Source: Eledone cirrhosa | Lineage: Eukaryota | Length of the DNA: 64,000 bases | Assembly (NCBI GenBank): GCA_964016885.1 | Contig: CAXHJY010000431.1 | Coordinates: 23,233-87,232 of the forward strand | Direction of reading: 5' to 3' | Part shown: piece after piece, positions 54,898-64,000 of the stretch | How positions within the stretch are numbered: position 1 is the stretch's first letter | How the letters are laid out: each line of letters begins with the position of its first letter | The notes under the pieces: generated by a model | The model's database searches: none | What the model saw: only the letters and a program-made list of their open reading frames with translations | What the model was told of the DNA's origin: nothing | Made by a program: the position numbers and the translations under genes

Positions 54898-55270
54898 CTA
54901 GAGTGGCTGAATGACCCGGCGTTGCCCGGTTTACTGGTGTTCTTATTCAATCAATGTTTTATTTTACAAAAATATCAAAATTGTAATGATAATAGAATTT
55001 AGAAATGAAAATCTGTCAATCTCGAAGCACCTCAGGGTAAACATTATGCAATTTTGTCTGGTGTCCAAATGAATATATTGTTGCTGCTTCCAACTCGTGA
55101 GCAACCAACATAGAGTTGATCTTGGGAGAAACATATAGTAGAGAGATCAAGTCAAACTACCCTGAGGGATTGACCCTGACCTTTGTTAATTGAAATAACA
55201 AAACTTAGTTTGACTGGGAACTGAAGCATCTTAAATTCAAATGGAACAGCTGTAGTATGAGAGGAATGTC
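54898..55270 (-). mobile_element. Helitron 3' end with helicase C-terminus
   Basis: Minus strand: QFPVKLSFVISINKGQGQSL..CFSQDQLYVGCSRV, then hairpin CCGGGCAACGCCGGG and CTAG|T. Confidence 0.85.
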
Positions 55271-56950
55271 ACAGACACAGACACAGAGACACACACACAC
55301 ATAGGTAGACAGGCACATACACAGAGACCAGAGACACGCACACACATAGGTACACATGCACAGACACAGAGACACACACACACATAGGTACACAGACACA
55401 GATACCAGAGACACGCACACACATAGGTACACAGACACAGACACAGAGACACACACACATAGGTACACAGACACAGAGACCAGAGACACACACACACATA
55501 GGTACACAGGCACAGACACAGACACAAAGACACGCACACACTTAGGTACACAGACACAGACACAGAGACACACACACACATAGGTACACATGCACATACA
55601 CAGAGACACACACACATAGGTACACAGACACAGAGACCAGAGACACACACACACATAGGTACACAGGCACAGACACAGACACAAAGACACGCACACACTT
55701 AGGTACACAGACACAGACACAGAGACACACACACACATAGGTACACATGCACATACACAGAGACACACACACATAGGTACACAGACACAGAGACCAGAGA
55801 CACACACACACATAGGTACACAGGCACAGACACAGACACAAAGACACGCACACACATAGGTACACATACACAGACACAAAGACACGCACACACATAGGTA
55901 CACAGACACAGACACAGAGACACGCACACACATAGGTACACAGACACAGACACAGAGACACACACACAGGTACACAGGCACAGACACAGACACAAAGACA
56001 CGCACACACATAGGTACACATACACAGACACAAAGACACGCACACACATAGGTACACAGACACAGACACAGAGACACACACACACATAGGTACACAGACA
56101 CAGACACAGAGACACGCACACACATAGGTACACAGACACAGACACAGAGACACGCACACACATAGGTACACATACACAGACACAAAGACACGCACACACT
56201 TAGGTACACAGACACAGACACAGAGACACACACACACATAGGTACACAGACACAGACACAGAGACACGCACACACATAGGTACACAGACACAGACACAGA
56301 GACACGCACACACATAGGTACACAGACACAGACACAGAGACACGCACACACATAGGTACACAGACACAGACACAGAGACACGCACACACATAGGTACACA
56401 GACACAGACACAGAGACACGCACACACATAGGTACACAGACACAGACACAAAGACACGCACACACATAGGTACACATACACAGACACAAAGACACGCACA
56501 CACATAGGTACACAGACACAGACACAGAGACACGCACACACATAGGTACACATACACAGACACAGAGACACACACACACATAGGTACACAGACACAGACA
56601 CAGAGACACGCACACACATAGGTACACAGACACAGACACAGAGACACGCACACACATAGGTACACAGACACAGACACAGAGACACGCACACACATAGGTA
56701 CACAGACACAGAGACCAGAGACACGCACACACATAGGTACACAGACACAGACACAGAGACACACACACAGGTACACAGGCACAGACACAGACACAAAGAC
56801 ACGCACACACATAGGTACACATACACAGACACAAAGACACGCACACACATAGGTACACAGACACAGACACAGAGACACACACACACATAGGTACACAGAC
56901 ACAGACACAGAGACACGTACATACATAGGTACACAGACACAGACACACAC
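55271..56950. repeat. ~38-bp CA-derived minisatellite
   Basis: Unit ACACAGACACAGACACAGAGACACGCACACACATAGGT; source of the spurious 721-aa and 577-aa ORFs. Confidence 0.95.
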
Positions 56951-57139
56951 ACACACACACGGATACACACACACGCGCGCATACATACACAGATGCACAC
57001 ACACAGACACGCACAGAGGCATACAGACACACACACACACAGTGACAGCCACGCACATATATATATATGTGTGTTTGTGTGTCAGTGTTTGTGTATGTAT
57101 ACTTACACACACAAATACAGACACAGAACACACGCAAAC

Positions 57140-57194
<55 letters not shown>

Positions 57195-57643
57195 TGTATG
57201 TGTGTGTACATATATATACACACATACGTATATATGTAGGTATTTTGGGATACACGCACGTATATAACCGTACACAGACTTCTGTGTATGTTTCTCTCAA
57301 ACTGGATTGGCAGTATCGGTAGTGGGTCGGACGTAAATGCTTTGACGCATAGAGTTACGGCCCTTGCCATTCTGAGTTCAAATTCCGCCGGGATTAACTT
57401 TGCCTTTCATCCTTACGGGGTCGATAAAATAAAGTACCAGTAATGCACTGGGTGATTGCTGGCTTTGTGCCAAAAGTAGAAACAATTATCTCTTATGCAC
57501 ACGTACACACACACACACGCACAGACCCCCCCCTCACACACACACAACACACACACGCACAGACCCCCCCCTCACACACACACACTCCTATACGTACCTT
57601 AATTGCAATCATACAGATATAAATGTTTGTAGGTATCTGTATA

Positions 57644-57979
57644 AGCTCACGTTTTAGTGAAACTAAATTTCGATACCCACACGTTCTTAATTATACATTC
57701 ATTCATACATATAAACATACATATATACATACATACATACATACATACATACATACATACATACATTCATACATACATACGCACACGCACACACACACAC
57801 ACATATATATGTATATATGTGTGTGTGTGTGAGAGTGTGCGTGTGCGTATGTATGTATGAATGTATGTATGTATGTATGTATGTATGTATGTATGTATGA
57901 ATGTATGTATGTATGTATATATGAATGTATAATTAAGAACGTGTGGGTATCGAAATTTAGTTTCACTAAAATGTGAGCT
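57644..57979. repeat. Inverted repeat including mirrored (CATA)n/(TATG)n
   Basis: AGCTCAC..GAAACTAAATTTCGATACCCACACGTTC and its reverse complement. Confidence 0.85.
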
Positions 57980-57998
57980 CATACCATATATATAAATA

Positions 57999-58069
<71 letters not shown>

Positions 58070-58498
58070 CAATTAAGTTAAAAATGTACATCTACATATG
58101 CATACTGAAATACTAGTATGCATATGAATACACACACGTATACATATGTAGATGTAACAAGTCTTTCACTGGTTACTTTACTGTGAGTAACCCAGCTATT
58201 CTGTATGTAAACACACAGACAAACCGGTTTTTAGAGTCATACTGGTTTTCGAGGAAACACCTTTCCTCATATGCATACTAGTATTTCAGTATGCATATGT
58301 AGATTTTTAACTTAATTGTTTAAGCGTCAGTCATACAAAAGTGAGTTACAAACGAAACGAAATTTAATTTCGTTTCGTTATTTGTTTTTATATATATATG
58401 ATTAAAAGTTTAACAAGTTTCAATGAATTCATCAATGAATAAAGTTTCACAATCGATTAGAAGCACTCTACTGTTAGGTTTTCTGGCGTTATTAATAT

Positions 58499-58820
58499 TA
58501 CTTCAAAATATTAATAAATATAGACATTCATGTGATCAAATATATTTTATTATACATATTTCAGAGGTACTGAGTTATTTCAACAATACGTCCTCATCAG
58601 ATAAAATAAGTTGATGCCTGACATACCTTGACTATGTTGATGGTTATAATTTAGTCATGGCAGTGACTAAATTATAACCATGACTAAATTATAACCATCA
58701 ACATAGTCAAGGTATGTCAGGCATCAACTTATCTTATCTGATGAGGACGTACCTCTGAAATATGTATAATAAAATATATTTGATCACATGAATGTCTATA
58801 TTTATTAATATGTTGAAGTA
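58499..58820. mobile_element. Fold-back mini-element made of two PLE 3' ends, each with an HHR
   Basis: Minus HHR 58543-58608 and plus HHR 58730-58776 (CTGATGA..GAAA-tatgta-TA-ataaaata); terminus homologous to 29380-29445. Confidence 0.85.
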
Positions 58821-58832
58821 ATATATATATAT

Positions 58833-58897
<65 letters not shown>

Positions 58898-59937
58898 ATG
58901 GCGCCGCTCTTCCATAACTCTGACGTTTACAAGATAAATGTATCCAATAAAGTTCTAGTAAAATTCCTCTTTTAAGCATCTAAATTCAAAAATATTCTGG
59001 TTTTATATTTATTCCGTTCTCTCTATCAACAATATTTCTTTTGCCAATATTTCTTAATATTTACATGGCGCCAATCTTAAGTGAATATTTACAACTTTAA
59101 AGATATACTTTCATTCTTTTACTGGTTTTAGTCCTCTAACTGCGACCATGCTGGGGCACAACCATGATATAAACATTTTAATTATGACCAAGAAAAAAAA
59201 TAGCGGCCCAAATTATCGATATATCTGTCCTAGGAGATAGTAAAGGATATATCTGTCCTAGGAGATAGTAAAGTAGGGGATAAAGAGCATGAAAAGATGG
59301 AGACGTGTGTGTGTGTTAGCGAAGGAAGAGGTTGGAAAGTTGAAAAGGTTTTAGTGTTGATTTATTAAGATGCATGTCGGACAGTTTTGAGGACTGTGTA
59401 AATAGAATCAGAAGTGATGCAAGGTTATAGGGCTATGCAGAAGACAGCGTTTCTTGGAACGGCAAGGATTTAAAGGAAAGTCTTGTCTATGTAAGACACA
59501 GGAGAGGATGTTGTGAGGGAGTTTTGTCAACTTGTTGTTGACTTCTCCTTAACTGGAATTTGTGTCTGAGATTTACGAAAATATGAACAACAACATCAAC
59601 AACAACAACGATAATAATAATGTTTTCTTATATAGGCACAAGGCTAACAATTTTGGGGGAGGGGAAAGTCGATTAAATCGACCCGAATGCGTGACTGGTA
59701 CTTTATTTTATCGACCCCGTAAGGATGAAAGGCAAAGTTAATCTCGGCGGGATTTGAACTCAGATAATAAAGGGCCGTAACTCTGTGCTACAAAGCATGG
59801 CGTTCGACCTTCTACCTATGCTACCAATCTGCTGCCCTAACAACAATAATAATAATTGTTTCTACTTTTGGCACTAGGCCAGCAATTACTCCAGTGCATT
59901 ACTGGTACTTTATTTTATCGACCTTTGTGTCGATAAA

Positions 59938-60856
59938 ATTGCCAGAATTAATAACAGAACACACTCACTGTTTGGTTGATGTTCGCTTCTGTGTCTTTTA
60001 TATCGGTTAATTTAATTTATTCGGTCCTCAATGTTACCATTGACTGACCAACGGTCAAAAATACCGATACAATATAAACACAAACACATATATATAGTCT
60101 AACAAAGTTCTTTCGTTGCACATCTGCAACATCGTCAGTGGTGCTATTATGTTTCCTCCTGTTGTATTGTATGGCTACGCCATCTTTATTTAGTCTGTTT
60201 ATTCATTTATTTTTTTTGTCTTCTCTGCGCATGCGTTTGCGTGTGTGTATCGTGTTTGATGTGTGTTCGTGTTTGGGTGACTGTGTATTGGTTATTGTAT
60301 TCTATGTTAGTTTACTAGTGTGTGTTTATATGTGTTTGTTGTTATTGTGCTTGTGTATGTATTTATTTATTTATTTATACTTCTCTTTATTTATACTTCT
60401 GTCCTAAGAGAAGTATAAATAAATAAATAAATACATACACAAGCACAATAACAACAAACACATATAAACACACACTAGTAAACTAACATAGAATACAATA
60501 ACCAATACACAGTCACCCAAACACGAACACACATCAAACACTATACACACACGCAAACGCATGCACAGAGAAGACAAAAATATAAATAAATAAACAGACT
60601 AAATAAAGATGGCGTAGGCATACAATACAACAGGAGGCAACATAATAGCACCACTGACGATGTTGCAGATGTGCAACGAAAGAACTTTGTTAGACTATAT
60701 ATATATGTGTTTGTGTCTATATTATATCTGTATTTTTGACCGTTGGTCAGTCAATGGTAACATTGAGGACCGAATAAATTAAATTAACCGATATAAAAGA
60801 CACAGAAGCGAAAACCAACCAAACAGTGAGTGTGTTCTGTTATTAATTCTGGCAAT
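59938..60856. repeat. Long inverted repeat (~450-bp arms, ~18-nt spacer)
   Basis: Arms 59938-60387 and 60406-60856, with few mismatches. Confidence 0.92.
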
Positions 60857-60890
60857 ATTATTTCACAAATATAACCCTCCCCAAGTATAA

Positions 60891-60971
<81 letters not shown>

Positions 60972-61594
60972 CACACACAAACATACACAAACATGCCCAT
61001 ATGCAGGTACATGTGAACGCACAGCGATATGCATACAAACGAACGGCCACTCATACAAATACATACACACATGTACTCATAAATATACGCATTTACACAG
61101 GCACATAAAAACAGCTCTACAAGCAGAAAATGCAGATAGGTAAGAGGTACTTACATAACCATAGTGTCGTGTTTCAGGTTGAGGAGAGGTAGGGGTGGGG
61201 TGGGAAGGAGGTAGAGGGGCTATTTTGTCGGCTGGCGTTTAAAAAAAAAAGGCAGATGTTTTTAGCCATCGGGCATTAACACTCACTTAAGGTATTTGAA
61301 AGTTGTAAAGTTTTCTTTAAATCCATCAACCATGACCGACCCCCAACCATCTTATAGACACCTGAAATATAGGCATTGTTAGCCTAAGAGAAACTTTAAA
61401 ATAAGGAGTGGTTCCCCATTCTGAACTTGTTTATAGAATTCTTTCTGCCTTTGTCACTCTAAATATAAATTATAGCCTTAAAGAATTAGCTTTTAATGAA
61501 TTCCCTTTTCTTTCAACCAATGACCTCCACCCATCCCACTCCCTACCCTCTCCTGAAAAGATATAAATACCACAACATTTATTTTTGGAAAGCC

Positions 61595-61645
61595 AGATTC
61601 CTGATGATTTCTAAAGAATGAAACAGTTCTAGTCCTGTAGAATCT
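61595..61645 (+). ncRNA. Canonical type-I hammerhead ribozyme with complete stem III
   Basis: agattc-CTGATGA-tttctaaagaat-GAAA-cag ttctagtc ctg-TA-gaatct, immediately followed by (CTAT)n. Confidence 0.85.
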
Positions 61646-61646
61646 C

Positions 61647-61795
<149 letters not shown>

Positions 61796-61804
61796 TAGAG
61801 AGAG

Positions 61805-61841
<37 letters not shown>

Positions 61842-62035
61842 TCAGCACCTTCTCCATGTGCTCCCCGGGCAAAGGATTGCACACTTTTTCGGGGGGGGGG
61901 TGCAACCCCCATCACGTCCCCTCCCTTTTGAGGTTATTTTCGATTATTTTCATGTTACACCCTTTTTACTCGATTGTATGTAAACTCCCCCTTTGTATTT
62001 GTCCCTTCTTTTATATGCCTTTATGGTAAATAAAG

Positions 62036-62040
<5 letters not shown>
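61842..62040 (+). mobile_element. Tx1-like 3' UTR fragment
   Basis: TTTGTATTTGTCCC..TAAATAAAGAAA tail similar to 45390-45437. Confidence 0.65.
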
Positions 62041-62132
<92 letters not shown>

Positions 62133-62144
62133 CATATGTATATA

Positions 62145-62337
62145 ATCTATAATATTGTAAAGCTGAGTGTCGTGTGTATGTATTATGTATGTATCCTACA
62201 CACCTCCCTATAGTTTCTTAGCTTTACTCTCTCCGTCGCTCTTCCCTCTCTCTATAATAGATCATCCCCCCTCTCTATAATTTAACTTTACTCTCTCTGT
62301 CGCTCTTCACTCTCTAATATTATAAAGCTGAGCGTCG

Positions 62338-62369
<32 letters not shown>

Positions 62370-62645
62370 TTTCACCCTCTCTATAATTTAACTGCTTTAC
62401 TCTCTGTCTCTCTTCACTCTCTATATGACAACACTCTTTTACTTTTCGTAGAGATGAGCGTCGTATGTAAATTTGGTCAACACGTATGTATCCTATACAC
62501 CTCCATATAGTTTCTTAGCTTTACTCTCTCTGTTGCTCTTCACTCTCTAATATTATAAAACTGAGCGTCGTCTCTCTCTCTCTCCTTCTTTCACCCTTTC
62601 TATAATTTAACCGCTTTACTCTCTGTCTCTCTTCACTCTCTATAT
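62145..62645 (+). mobile_element. Tandem Helitron-like 5' termini
   Basis: TCTA(A)TATT(A/G)TAAA(A/G)CTGAG at ~62145, 62311 and 62546, resembling the 5' end at 13389. Confidence 0.5.
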
Positions 62646-62899
62646 GACAGCAGGTAATACATACATCAAAAGGAAACCCTGACAAATATAATAATGCATG
62701 TATCCCACACACTTTTTCTGTCGTCGCTCGCATTCGTAACACACACACACACACACACACACAAATACGGATACTTTCACACCTGATTTCACCAATTGCC
62801 GGATAACATCAAAACAAAACACAGACACACACATGCACATACACACATACACAAATACACATACACATACACAAACACACACACACACATATCTATACT

Positions 62900-62900
62900 T

Positions 62901-62932
<32 letters not shown>

Positions 62933-63016
62933 TGTATGTATGTATGTATGTGTATATATATGTATATATATATATGTATATATATATATGTATATATATA
63001 TATATGTATATATATA

Positions 63017-63047
<31 letters not shown>

Positions 63048-63377
63048 GTATATATGTTATATATATGTATATATATATATAGATATATATATATATATAT
63101 GTGTGTATATATATATGTATATACATATATATATATATATGTATATATATATATGTATGTATATGCATATATGTGTGTATGTATATATATATATATATGT
63201 ATATATATGTGTATGTGTATATGTATATATATATGTATATATATGTATGTATGTATATATATGTGTGTATATATATATGTGTGTATGTATATGTATGTAT
63301 ATATATATGTATGTGTGTATGTGTATGTATGTGTATGTGTATATGTATGTATATGTATGTATGTGTGTGTGTGTCAT

Positions 63378-63425
<48 letters not shown>

Positions 63426-63667
63426 GTATGTATATATATATGTATATATATGTGTGTATATATGTATGTATATATATATATGTATATGTATATATGTATG
63501 TGTATATATGTGTATATATATGTGTATGTATATATATATGTGTGTGTATATATATATGTGGTATATATATATATGTGTGTGTATGTATATATGTGTGTGT
63601 ATATATATGTATATATATGTATATATATATGTATGTGTGTATATATATGTATATATATGTGTGTGTA

Positions 63668-63698
<31 letters not shown>

Positions 63699-63741
63699 GT
63701 GTGTGTGTGTATATGTATGTGTGTGTGTATATGTGTATATG

Positions 63742-63774
<33 letters not shown>

Positions 63775-63890
63775 ATATGTATGTGTGTGTGTATATGTGT
63801 ATATGTATGTGTGTATATGTATTGTATGTATGTGTGTATATGTATGTATGTATGTGTGTATAATGTATATATGTATGTATGTGTGTATAT
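62900..63890. repeat. Degenerate (TA/TG)n microsatellite field
   Basis: Low-complexity sequence; similar fields at 21235-21525 and 37340-41850. Confidence 0.95.
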
Positions 63891-64000
63891 ACTTATGTCA
63901 CGTCACCAGTTGGTGCTACTGGTAACATGTATCCCAGTACAACCTGTCCCATGGTCGGGTCGTTGGCGACTAAACTGGCAACCCCACCAAGGTTTCTTGG

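Noticed and set aside
55205-57370. 721-aa and 577-aa Cys/Val-rich ORFs
   Set aside because: Translations of a CA-based minisatellite that lacks stop codons; open in several frames.
60755-60845. TTGAGGA...GAAA in the long inverted repeat as a hammerhead
   Set aside because: Could not build consistent stems II and III.

Overview
AT-rich, microsatellite-saturated eukaryotic non-genic or intronic DNA. The tRNA-derived SINE family and repeat content suggest an octopus or other coleoid genome (inference). No host gene is confidently detected, and nearly all long ORFs in the track are translations of simple repeats. The window is a nested set of retroelement and transposon remnants: four Naiad-type Penelope-like element (PLE) fragments with GIY-YIG domains (two also retain reverse transcriptase, RT, sequence), RTE, CR1, R4/Dong and Tx1 LINE pieces, Helitrons, a pogo/Tigger relic, hAT-like pieces and many SINEs. 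The main hidden signal is about 19 type-I hammerhead ribozyme (HHR) motifs from several unrelated families, including U3:A8 compensatory-core variants. Many lie in short non-coding fold-back (palindromic) elements in or beside (TA)n tracts. In one element both arms end exactly at the ribozyme cleavage site, whose UAUAUA-UA sequence merges with the host (TA)n, suggesting ribozyme-generated homology priming into microsatellites. All coordinates and folds were read by eye.
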